A DNA stretch of 57,449 nt from contig CAKQLT010000003.1 of the NCBI GenBank assembly GCA_934254715.1, forward strand, positions 1 through 57,449. Direction: 5' to 3'. Source of the stretch: an uncultured Clostridia bacterium. Lineage in GTDB: Bacteria > Bacillota > Clostridia > Christensenellales > CAG-917. The notes beneath the pieces are model-generated. The model made no database searches and was not told the DNA's origin. It was given only the letters and a program-made list of their open reading frames with translations. Of this stretch, positions 8,677 through 17,300 are shown piece after piece; within the stretch, counting starts at the first letter, position 1, and each line of letters opens with the position of its first letter. The translations under genes and the position numbers were made by a program.

Positions 8677-8705
8677 TTGTCAATTTTATGTGTTAAGTTA
8701 TATTA
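8677..8705 (+). promoter_or_regulatory. Possible promoter for CDS 8749..10692
   Basis: TTGTCA (8677..8682), 16-17 nt, TATATT/ATATTA (8699..8705). Only a moderate match to consensus. Confidence 0.35.
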
Positions 8706-8718
8706 ATAAGCGAAAGGT

Positions 8719-8735
8719 GTATGGCATAGCCATAC
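8719..8735. promoter_or_regulatory. Perfect 17-nt palindrome in the leader of CDS 8749 (operator or RNA hairpin)
   Basis: GTATGGC-ATA-GCCATAC, ending at the SD GGAAAGG (8736..8742). Confidence 0.4.
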
Positions 8736-8748
8736 GGAAAGGAAAATT

Positions 8749-10692
8749 TTGGCAAAATCTGTTGACAAAAACCTCAAAAAATTACCGCTCGGCGCGATAA
8801 GACCGCAAGGTTGGTTGCTCGACCAAATGCGTTTTGCAAGCAATCTTCAAAAGCGTATCGGCTCGCTGTCGGGGCTTGTCAAGGACGGGGAATGGAACGG
8901 CGGCGAAAGTCTGCCTCGCTACGTCCGAGGTTTGATTTTGCTCTCTTGCGCTCTCGACGACAAAAACCTCAAAGAGAAAGTGTCGAGTTTTATGTCGCTC
9001 ATATTCGCAAGCGCAAACGAGGGCGGCGATTTCGGACCTAAAAACACGTCGTCGCTCACGCCCAAAATCGAGGCGGTAAAAACCCTTTTGACCTACTACG
9101 AAGCAACGGACAACGAGCGCGTTTTGCCGTTTTTGAAAAAGTTTTTCAAGAGCCAGTTCAACACCTATTCGGTGAGTTCGAGTTGGTACGATTCAAGAGC
9201 CAGATTGCTCGAAGAAATAGGCGCGATAGAAGCCGTTTACAGAGAGACCGACCTCGAATGGTTGCAAGACTTGGGCGAGAAACTTCGCGACAGTTCCAAC
9301 GACTGGTTCAAACTCGCAAACCGCTTTCCGTACAAAAAGCCGTATCAGCGTTATATTTCGCAAACGGTGCTTAAACATATACAAAAACAAGTTTTAAGTG
9401 TCGATTGTGCAAAAGACGGCGCAAAAAAGCATAAGACGCTTTCGCCCGAATACGTCAACAATCAGTGGCACAAAAAGAAGCATAAAGTCGCCGTGGAAAC
9501 AAGCGGCGTAAACCTTGCAAAGGCGATAAAATATCCTGCAGTGTACGGCAGATTTATTGGCGACGACAACTTGAAAAACTTGTCGCTCAAACTCGTTTCC
9601 GCACTCGAAAAGAGGCACGGAACGCCGCTGGGTATGTTTTCTTGCACGCCGAGAATCGCGGGCGCGAAAGGCGTGGGCGCGGTTGACGTCGAGGCGGGCG
9701 TAGAGATGCTCGAATCCCTCGTCGAGGTCGTGAAAGAAACGAGATGTTACGAACTTGCCGACCTTATCGAACGCATAGTTTTCAATATGGTTGCGGGGGC
9801 GAGTTTCGACGATTGTTCCGCCGTTCAGGATATGGTTTTCGTCAATCAGACGGAAGCCTCGCAAGCAAGAAAATTGCCGTATGCCGACGAGGACAACGCG
9901 TTCTATACCAAGAAAGCGTCGAGGGGCGCAATCGCGCTTTTGAGCGCATATCCGCTCTTTTTGCAAACGGCGTGTATGGTGAAAGACGAGCAACTCAATT
10001 TCATCACGTACGCGCCTTGCACTATGGACGTGTCCGTGGGCGGTTTTAACCTTACGATTTCCGAACGCACGGGCTATCCGTTCAGAAACGCTGTCGTGTT
10101 CAAGGTGGAACAAGCGGACGGCGAACCCGAAGTCAAAATCAATTTCCGCGTGCCGAAAAACACGTATATGCAACTCATATCCGGCGGTCAGATAGTGGCG
10201 AGCGGAAGCAAAGAGATTTCCGTCAAGTGCATACTCAAAGCGGGCAGCACGTTTATGCTCAAAATGAACATACCGCTCACCGTCGAGGAAAACGCGGACG
10301 GCTCGCGCAGTTTGTTCAAGGGCAATCTGCTTATGGCTCTCAAACTGCCTTGCGACGTCACGCAAGATTCGAGCGACAGACGTACGCTTATCGTAAAATG
10401 CTCGAAAAAGTGGAACATCGCGCCGCTTTTGTCCAAAAAATCGACCAAAAAACTGTTTGAGGACGAAAGAGTGGTCGTGCACGATATATCGGGCGTGCCG
10501 TTTGCGCAAGAACAGCCTCCTTTCGAGTTGAAAATCCGTTCCAAAAACGTGCTTAACTGGGATTACGACACGAGCGGATTCGAGTCCTTCCCGAAAAAGT
10601 GTAGTTTTTCCGAGGAAAGCCTCGAAAGAACCTACGTTCCGTTCGGCTGTACGCTTACGAGAATAGCAAAATTTCCCAAATGCCTCAAATAA
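8749..10692 (+). CDS. Cytoplasmic GH127/DUF1680-like (six-hairpin glycosidase-like) protein
   Basis: TTG start with SD GGAAAGG 6 nt upstream. N-terminal LPLGAIRPQGWLLDQ and the C-terminal pattern LTISERTGYPFRNAVVFKVEQ...INFRVPKNTYMQL...GSTFMLKMNIPL resemble beta-L-arabinofuranosidase-like DUF1680 proteins. No signal peptide. The catalytic Cys/Zn site was not verified. Confidence 0.8.
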   Translation: MAKSVDKNLKKLPLGAIRPQGWLLDQMRFASNLQKRIGSLSGLVKDGEWNGGESLPRYVRGLILLSCALDDKNLKEKVSSFMSLIFASANEGGDFGPKNTSSLTPKIEAVKTLLTYYEATDNERVLPFLKKFFKSQFNTYSVSSSWYDSRARLLEEIGAIEAVYRETDLEWLQDLGEKLRDSSNDWFKLANRFPYKKPYQRYISQTVLKHIQKQVLSVDCAKDGAKKHKTLSPEYVNNQWHKKKHKVAVETSGVNLAKAIKYPAVYGRFIGDDNLKNLSLKLVSALEKRHGTPLGMFSCTPRIAGAKGVGAVDVEAGVEMLESLVEVVKETRCYELADLIERIVFNMVAGASFDDCSAVQDMVFVNQTEASQARKLPYADEDNAFYTKKASRGAIALLSAYPLFLQTACMVKDEQLNFITYAPCTMDVSVGGFNLTISERTGYPFRNAVVFKVEQADGEPEVKINFRVPKNTYMQLISGGQIVASGSKEISVKCILKAGSTFMLKMNIPLTVEENADGSRSLFKGNLLMALKLPCDVTQDSSDRRTLIVKCSKKWNIAPLLSKKSTKKLFEDERVVVHDISGVPFAQEQPPFELKIRSKNVLNWDYDTSGFESFPKKCSFSEESLERTYVPFGCTLTRIAKFPKCLK

Positions 10693-10703
10693 GAAGGTGA
10701 AAT

Positions 10704-11285
10704 ATGAAAACGCTTGAAAAAAAATACTCGAAAATAGAAAGGGTCGTGGCAAAAGGCAAGTTTTCCGCTTGCGTGTATTTGCGCACCGTGTTTCTTGCCG
10801 TGATTTTGGGCGGTCTTACGGCGGTCGTTTGGATTTTTAAGGATAAAATCGAGGGCTTGTTCACCAAAACCGAACCGGCTCAATATCTCACCGACGACGT
10901 TATGCGCTGGGTGCTTCTGGGCGTCGGCGTTATCGTTCTTGCAAGTCTGCTCGTCGAAACGATACGCCTCAATTCCAAAGAACTCGTACTCACGCCCGAC
11001 AAGGTCGTTTTCAGAGAGGGAATCCTCAACACCCGCACCGTCGTCATACCTCTTTGCGAAATAAAGATGGTCGAAACCAAGCAAAACGCCCTCGAGCGCC
11101 TTTTCGGTGTCGGCAAAATTCTCATCGTATCCGACGCGCAACAACCCTATCTCGTCAAAAACGTCAAGTCCCCCGACAGATTGTCTCGTCGCATTATGCG
11201 CCAAGTCGCCGACGTCAACGAGTCGATGAGGTTTGGGGGTAGAGGGGGGATTCCCCAAATTCGTTTGGTCGGCAGCCCTAAATAA
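10704..11285 (+). CDS. Membrane-anchored bacterial PH domain protein (bPH_2 / YdbT-like)
   Basis: Two N-terminal TM helices followed by LVLTPDKVVFREGILNTRTVVIPLCEIKMVETKQNALERLFGVGKILIVS, which is typical of bPH_2 (DUF304). SD AAGGTG. Confidence 0.88.
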   Translation: MKTLEKKYSKIERVVAKGKFSACVYLRTVFLAVILGGLTAVVWIFKDKIEGLFTKTEPAQYLTDDVMRWVLLGVGVIVLASLLVETIRLNSKELVLTPDKVVFREGILNTRTVVIPLCEIKMVETKQNALERLFGVGKILIVSDAQQPYLVKNVKSPDRLSRRIMRQVADVNESMRFGGRGGIPQIRLVGSPK

Positions 11286-11293
11286 AAACGTCG

Positions 11294-11410
11294 CTATTTT
11301 GCGAATAACTGTGTCAGATGCGATTTTTTCACAAATCACGTACGTCTTTGTACGCTCATTGTTCAAAAATCGCATCTTCCTTGTTCTTCATCCAAATATC
11401 GCAGTTTTTA
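11294..11410 (+). repeat. Two-box intergenic repeat element, copy A
   Basis: Box 1 CTATTTTGCGAATAACTGTGTCAG (11294..11317) is identical to 52879..52902. Box 2 CTTCCTTGTTCTTCATCCAAATATCGCAGTTTTTA (11376..11410) is near-identical to 52961..52994 and 53112..53144. Confidence 0.7.
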
Positions 11411-11500
11411 AGTGTGTGAAAAAATTCTGTATTTACGCTATTTACAAAGATTTCGAGTTGGAATATAATTTGTTAGATAATTGATAACGATGAGGTGCAT

Positions 11501-12586
11501 ATGACAAAGAAAAACACGCTGGTGGAATTTGCTCGTTTTATGTTTAGTCTACTGGTTATAGGCTATCACGTTCAAGCGAGTTTTTCGGTGGCAAAAGCCG
11601 ATTTTTTCGAATGGGGCGCACTGGCTGTTGAGTTTTTCTTCATTCTCTCGGGATATTTTTTCGCTGTTTCCGTTGATAAGTTTGTTGAAAAAGACGATAG
11701 TCTTTTTGCTTTTTACGGCAAATTTATGACAAAAAAAGTAAAAGGAATATTGCCGGTGCATTGCGTGGCAATAATTGCCGCAATAGTAGTTTTGGCGGCT
11801 TGTGCACCGCAAATGTTCGAACAAAAATTCGTGCAAGGTCTGCCGAGTGTCTTTTTGGTACAAATGTTTGTTGTTTGGGATTCTTCGTTTAGCAATGCGC
11901 TCATTGTGCCCGAATGGTACATTTCTTCTATGCTGATTTGTCTTGCGATAATGGCACCTATCGCATTTGCGTTGCGAAAAAGAATTAAGGGTGTGTTTGT
12001 GCCGTTGATATTGGTTGGAATATTGGGCGTATTAGCGGTTATAGGTGGCTTTGCAATGAAGTGGAATTTGACTCAAAATTTCATTTTCGATTTGCGCGCT
12101 TGGGGCGAAATGTGCGTGGGAATGTTTGCTTATCACGTTGCAAAAGCCGTTGCGCGAAAAGAATATGACGAAAAAGGCACGGCAATATTAAAGGCTTTGG
12201 AAATTGTTTGTTATCTTGTGCCGATTGTCGTAGGATTTTTGCCGCTCGATCCAAATTTATCGTTTGTGGGAATGATAGTTGCCGTTGTTTGCACATTCTT
12301 TGCAATATCCATAACTTTTGCGGGAAAAGGAATTGTGATAAAAAACGAAAAGATCAACTCGATTTTTAGTTTTTTGGGTTCGATTTCTCTTGCAATATAT
12401 TTGTTTCATCCTGTAATAATTCAACTTCTTGATTATGTTTACGCCGACGTTGCGGAATGGACAAAATATTTGATAGTTTTTTCTTCAACCGTTGCTTTGG
12501 CTGTTTGCTACAAACTTGCGACAATCTTAATAGCGAAAGCAATAAACATTTCAAAAGAAAAACGAAGCGCACGGTCGGATTTGTAA
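11501..12586 (+). CDS. Acyltransferase family 3 membrane protein (O-acyltransferase)
   Basis: Polytopic protein with N-terminal LVEFARFMFSLLVIGYHV and a conserved His, as in the Acyl_transf_3 family. I prefer the ATG at 11501 to the GTG at 11495 (SD GAGG 6 nt upstream). Low GC. Confidence 0.9.
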   Translation: MTKKNTLVEFARFMFSLLVIGYHVQASFSVAKADFFEWGALAVEFFFILSGYFFAVSVDKFVEKDDSLFAFYGKFMTKKVKGILPVHCVAIIAAIVVLAACAPQMFEQKFVQGLPSVFLVQMFVVWDSSFSNALIVPEWYISSMLICLAIMAPIAFALRKRIKGVFVPLILVGILGVLAVIGGFAMKWNLTQNFIFDLRAWGEMCVGMFAYHVAKAVARKEYDEKGTAILKALEIVCYLVPIVVGFLPLDPNLSFVGMIVAVVCTFFAISITFAGKGIVIKNEKINSIFSFLGSISLAIYLFHPVIIQLLDYVYADVAEWTKYLIVFSSTVALAVCYKLATILIAKAINISKEKRSARSDL

Positions 12587-12623
12587 CACTCGCTATTGAG
12601 CACCAAAACGCAATAAGAAAACG

Positions 12624-12668
12624 AAAAGTCCGTTCCTGCAAATTTTATAGCGACGGATTTTTCGTTTT
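12624..12668 (+). terminator. Probable terminator of the acyltransferase gene
   Basis: AAAAGTCCGT ... ACGGATTTTT: 10-bp stem with one G-U pair and a large 19-nt loop, followed by TTTTTCGTTTT. Confidence 0.45.
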
Positions 12669-12703
12669 AGAACAAGTTTTCGGATTAAGGCTTCGCCTTC
12701 CAC

Positions 12704-12741
12704 AATTATTAATTATTCATTATTAATTATTAATTTTTTTT
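12704..12741. repeat. AT-only low-complexity tract, (ATTATTAATTATT)x2 plus T8
   Basis: AATTATTAATTATTCATTATTAATTATTAATTTTTTTT lies between convergent genes. It is followed by the weak hairpin TTTTCCC-TAC-GGGAAAA, which abuts the stop codon at 12756. Confidence 0.6.
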
Positions 12742-12755
12742 CCCTACGGGAAAAA

Positions 12756-13811
12756 CTAAATTCCAAAGTTCCCCGGGGTGATAAACAAGCCGCTTATGAG
12801 GCTCAATAGGGTGGCGAGAAGGACGACGTGTACGACGTATACGATGAGTGCGTGTTTGCCGAAGAAGCAAACCGCTTTTTCTATGCCTTTGGCAATCACC
12901 GTCGTTACCTTGCCCGCGCCGAGCATAAAATTGAGAGTATTTATTGAAAAATCTCGCAGAGATTTCTTTTCGCTTTCGACGTTTGCGTAAAGCGCGTCGC
13001 AAGTCTTTTTGTAGAGTGCTTTCGTAAGTTCGAAGCGCACGAGGGACAGTCGTTCATAGTAGAACAATTCGCCTATCAGCACGCCTGCGAAATAAAAGGC
13101 GGTGTAGGGTATGAGCGTAAACAAATCCCCCGGTGAAAACTCGGTTTGCGAATAGAACAGCGACGAGTTGCCCCAAAAGTCGTGCGGCGGAAATACGATT
13201 GCGAATATTTTGGGCGTGGTCGCGGGCGGCGTGTAGCAAAAATACAGACACAGCGTGACGATTATAAGTGCGATACTTGCGCCGACCATTGCCCATCTGT
13301 TGTCGCGCACCACGAACGATATAAGCGCGTACAAAAGCATAGAAAACGCAAGGAAATCGAGCACGCCGAACGCAACGAAAACGCCGTCGATTCCCATTTG
13401 ATATTGCGCGATATAAGAGCCGAGCGTGTAAATCAAAGCCACGACGAGCAGTTGCGCGCCGCGCTTTGCGTTGTTGCGCGAAAACGTGCAAGATATGCCC
13501 GAAATGGAAAAGAAAACGAACAAAACGATTGGGTGAATAATATCTCTGACGCCGCTTGCGCTTCCGCTCACCCAGTTGTAGCAAAACGTCGTGAAAGCGT
13601 CGCCTACGCCTCTGCGGACGAACCCGTATCCGTACCACTGCACGCCGAAATACGACCCGAGCAAAATCGCCAAATGGTCGAGAATCATAAGTAATACGCA
13701 AACGCCTCTCAAAAAGTCGATTTCCCAAATGCGATTACGTTTTCTTTTGGGAACGAGGGTGATTTGCACGTCGTCTGCGACGAGTGGATTTTTTTGTACG
13801 TCCGATTGCAT
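12756..13811 (-). CDS. DUF1624 / heparan-alpha-glucosaminide N-acetyltransferase-like membrane acyltransferase
   Basis: RIWEIDFLRGVCVLLMILDHL followed by ~9 TM helices is typical of the HGSNAT_cat (DUF1624) family. Confidence 0.9.
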   Translation of the reverse strand: MQSDVQKNPLVADDVQITLVPKRKRNRIWEIDFLRGVCVLLMILDHLAILLGSYFGVQWYGYGFVRRGVGDAFTTFCYNWVSGSASGVRDIIHPIVLFVFFSISGISCTFSRNNAKRGAQLLVVALIYTLGSYIAQYQMGIDGVFVAFGVLDFLAFSMLLYALISFVVRDNRWAMVGASIALIIVTLCLYFCYTPPATTPKIFAIVFPPHDFWGNSSLFYSQTEFSPGDLFTLIPYTAFYFAGVLIGELFYYERLSLVRFELTKALYKKTCDALYANVESEKKSLRDFSINTLNFMLGAGKVTTVIAKGIEKAVCFFGKHALIVYVVHVVLLATLLSLISGLFITPGNFGI

Positions 13812-13817
13812 AAAATG

Positions 13818-13846
13818 AATATAGCACTATTCGATTGCGCTGTCAA
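13818..13846 (-). promoter_or_regulatory. Near-consensus promoter positioned for a leaderless transcript of CDS 12756..13811
   Basis: On the minus strand: TTGACA (13846..13841), 17 nt, TATATT (13823..13818), CATTTT, ATG (13811). The predicted +1 coincides with the A of the start codon, and there is no SD. Confidence 0.55.
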
Positions 13847-14222
13847 CGAACGACGGTGTGGGCGTGGAAAGCGAGAAAATCCGCACGGATAGATACGCGA
13901 ATTTTGCAAAATAAAAGCAAAATTTCGCGAAAATCGAAAATTGAAAATTCGAGCCGACGAAAAAATTTTTTCATTGATTCTAACCGTGTGAAAAAGTGCG
14001 AGTAAACGACAGTAAAAATATGGAAAACAATGCGATAGAATGTCGAAAAACGCAAAATTTGCGCGTTTTCGGCGGCGAAAACCCGAAAACGCGGCGAAAA
14101 AGGAAAAATTTGCCGCGGCGAAGGCGAAAAAGTGTGAAAATCGGGCAAATTCCCCTATAAGTTGTGCTTTGAAAATCGCCCTACCACAAGGTATAGTTAT
14201 CGGCATTCTAACAAGATAAGTA

Positions 14223-14251
14223 TTGACAAACGCGTGAAAAAAACGTATAAT
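14223..14251 (+). promoter_or_regulatory. Consensus sigma-A promoter of the giant gene
   Basis: TTGACA (14223..14228), exactly 17 nt, TATAAT (14246..14251). Predicted TSS is near 14258. A second TATAAT lies at 14259..14264. Confidence 0.75.
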
Positions 14252-14271
14252 TGGACTGTATAATAATCTAC

Positions 14272-14302
14272 ACATATGCGCTACACGCGTAGAGGCATAT
14301 GT
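14272..14302 (+). promoter_or_regulatory. 5'-UTR stem-loop just upstream of the SD of the giant gene
   Basis: ACATATGCGCTAC-ACGC-GTAGAGGCATATGT forms 12 bp with a small bulge. It starts ~14 nt from the predicted 5' end and ends 3 nt before the SD GGAGGA (14306..14311). Confidence 0.6.
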
Positions 14303-14315
14303 TTCGGAGGAGATT

Positions 14316-14390
14316 ATGAGAATGAGAAAGTTATCGCTCGTATTGTTGCTCGTGCTGATCAGCGTTATGCTGTTCGGTCTCGTGGCGTGC
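14316..14390 (+). other. Lipoprotein signal peptide with lipobox L-V-A-C (Cys25)
   Basis: MRMRK (positive n-region), LSLVLLLVLISVMLFG (h-region), LVAC (lipobox), then NPKTDGNTDTPVIPTPTPNPDPD (a Pro/Thr/Asp tether-like stretch). Confidence 0.85.
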
Positions 14391-17300
14391 AATCCGAAAA
14401 CCGACGGGAACACCGACACCCCCGTCATTCCTACGCCGACGCCAAATCCGGATCCCGACAATTCCGAGTACATCGGCGCGCAGGATTTCTGGAACGCTTT
14501 TAAGGCCGCCGCTCTGAACGAAGCGGGCGCGGAAAAAGACAAGCGTTACATAAGGGTTGACACGGCATTCGTGATGGGCTTTTCCAAAGATTCGTCCGAC
14601 TCGCTTATCGTTGCTCGCTTTGCAGGCAACATCGATACGCTCGACGATTCAAACAGCGAAATACTCGTTGAATTCCGCAAGTTGGCAGCCGAAATAAACG
14701 GCAGAACCGTCGATCAAGACACCATCTGCACGATGGCGAAAAACGGCGAAGGATCTCTGCTTTTCGGCGCGTACTATTACGAGGGCAAACTCGTTGCGGA
14801 TATGCGCGGAATCAAGAAGGACGACGGCGTGCACGTCGTTTACACCGACACGATCAATATGACCGACTTCGTGTCGAGATTCGCAGACGCGCTCGAACAA
14901 CTCGATCTTTCCTCTATCTTGTATGACACGTTGATGGGTTACGACATCGGCGGTCTCGTCAACAGTCTTATCAAAATCGATATCGCGCATTTGACGGTCG
15001 AGCAATTGCTCGTCAACGTATTGTTCGGCGCAAGCAAGGGCACGCGCGTTGACTACGGCAACGGACATCAAGTGCTTCGTATGCCTTGCGACCTCGGACT
15101 TATCGTCAGCATAATTCCGCTCGTACAAGGTCTTATCCCCGAAAACATCATCGGACTCGTAAAAGACGTACTCGGTCTCGATTTGGGCAAACTCGGCGCG
15201 CTCGCCGGTATGGCTCTTTATATGGAAGCCGACATTATGAACGGCGCGCTTCAAGGCACGACGTTCGACATCGACGTAAACCTCAACTCTTACGGCGTAG
15301 AGGGCGTTGAAGAAAAGTACGGCACGTTCCAGTCCGAATTCGGCATTAAACTCGGCTATGCGAAAGCAGACTTTGCAGGTACCCCCGACCTCAACTTAGT
15401 CGGCGACGCAGAGAATCCCGGACTTCTCAAAAATCGCAACGAAAAGAACACCGCTCGTCAAGACGGTGAAAAATCCCTTTACGACGCCGTAAACGAAAGC
15501 GCGGAAAAATATTCCTTCCTCACTCTCGACGGCGCAATCTCTCTCACTCTCAACTTCAACGAAAAGAAAGTGTCTATCGACAACGTGATAGGCTCTTTCG
15601 GCACTCTCATTTCAAATCTTCTCACCAAAAATCTCGACCCCGAAATGCTCGAAGCACTCAAACCGTTGTTTGCAAAAGAAATAGATTTTGCCAGCGGCGA
15701 GGCGAAACTCACGATAAAACTTCAAGCGGAAATCGATACGAGAGATTCCGCAAAGACCAGACTTGCGGCGGAAATCCTCGGTCGTGACGGCGCAAAACGC
15801 GTGACGGCTTACTACACCGGCGCGAGAGAAGGCGTGTATATCGACGCGGGCGGTTTGCTCGGTTACAACGGAACTAAGTTCAAAATCGACGACATCAACG
15901 TCAACGAACTTTTGGGCAACCTCGTAAACACCGTGTTTGAAACCATCAAGGGCGCAATCGACGGACTCAAAGGCGGCGCAACCGCTCAAAACATTCAACA
16001 AGCGTTCGTGGACAACGGCGAAATCGTCATTCAACACGGCGCGTACTCTGCGGCGGAAGGCGAAGGCTCTGTGGACGTCTTGTCCCTCGTGAGTATGATT
16101 CTCGACCATATCAACGTCGGTATGGACGAAAACATCTTCAACATCAGAGATATAAGCGTGGATTTGTCGAGAGATATTCTCGACGCAATCTTCTCGCTCG
16201 TGTTTACGGGCGACAACGCGGGTGCGGACATTCCCATCACCGGCGCGTTGCTCAAATACGTCAACAACGGCGCACAACAAAACAAGACTCTCACTTTGAG
16301 CGCGGAACTCGGCGTTCGCGAATATAACGAAGCAAACACCGAATACAGCCTCGCGCCCCTCATCGGTCTTGCGCTCGGCGTTGACATTACCTTCGGTAAA
16401 ATCAACAATTTGCCCGACTTCGAGGCGACGTTTGAAAAACTCGAAAACGAACTTGCTCAAAACGAAGGCGCATATCTTCCCATTCTCAAAAACGGCGCGT
16501 TGAACACCGATTTGCTTCACGTCAACGTGTCCACGGGACTTACCCTCGACATCGAAACTCTCAAAGGCGAACTCGCAAAGATCGAAGTCAATATGCCCGA
16601 TCAAGAAATCGGCACGATGTTCAAGGGTATTTTGCTTAAAGCGTTGATCGAACTCGGCAACATCGACGGCGGTCTTAAACTCGATATAAACGCAGACATC
16701 GACCTTACCGGCGGTCTCGATACGAGCGCAATCCTCGATTTGCTTTTGAAGTCTTCCGCAAAGATTGCGATTTCCAAGCAATCCAACAACGAAGAAGTGC
16801 TTGCGATTTATTTGCAAGACGGTTGGGTGTACCTCAAAGCCGACATTCTCTGCATAAGCGTTAAACAAATCAAACTCAACGTTAGAGAACTTATGGATAT
16901 GCTCGGCACGAACGGCGACGATTCGTCGAGCGATCAGGCTCTCGTTGCGGATGAAACCGAAGAAGGCGGTATGGACATCAATGCCGTTCTCGGATTCGTG
17001 GCGGGTATCATCGACGGATTCAAACTCGGCAATCACGCTCTCGAAGTCGTCCTTGCTTCCAACCTCTTTGAACAAGTCCTCGGACTTCTCAACATCGACG
17101 GCGTTAAGATCGAATTTGCAAGCACGGAATTTGACGGCGGAATCCGCATTGCTCTCAACGACGGACTCAATCTGCCCGAACTTCAACTCGGCGTGTTCGT
17201 ATCTTTGGGCAACAACGTCAACCTTGACTTGTCCCTCAACGGCTTGTCCGCAGGTTTGAACGACAAAGCGACCAACTATTTGTTGAACGATAATCGTCAA

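Noticed and set aside
11233-11484. The 83-aa ORF (11233..11484 +) and the 70-aa ORF (52884..53096 +) share LRITVS and FLVLH.NIA peptide strings. Short minus-strand mini-ORFs (MKNKEATLAR...) also start inside box 2.
   Set aside because: The similarity is explained by the nucleotide repeat boxes. The spacer between boxes is unrelated, 1-nt indels break the frame, and none has an SD. I treat the element as non-coding.
2152-14301. A shared CATATGCG core in the arms of the hairpins at 2150..2180 and 14272..14302, considered as a possible common operator.
   Set aside because: An 8-mer is expected to recur about once or twice by chance in 57 kb on two strands, and CATATG is itself a palindrome that favours hairpin arms. 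There is no further similarity between the two elements.
13709-14542. A 277-aa minus-strand ORF spanning the giant-gene promoter region.
   Set aside because: It is a Phe/Ser/Arg-rich translation of the complement of the CGAAAA/A-tract region. It overlaps two promoters and the start of the giant CDS and has no SD or recognisable domain.
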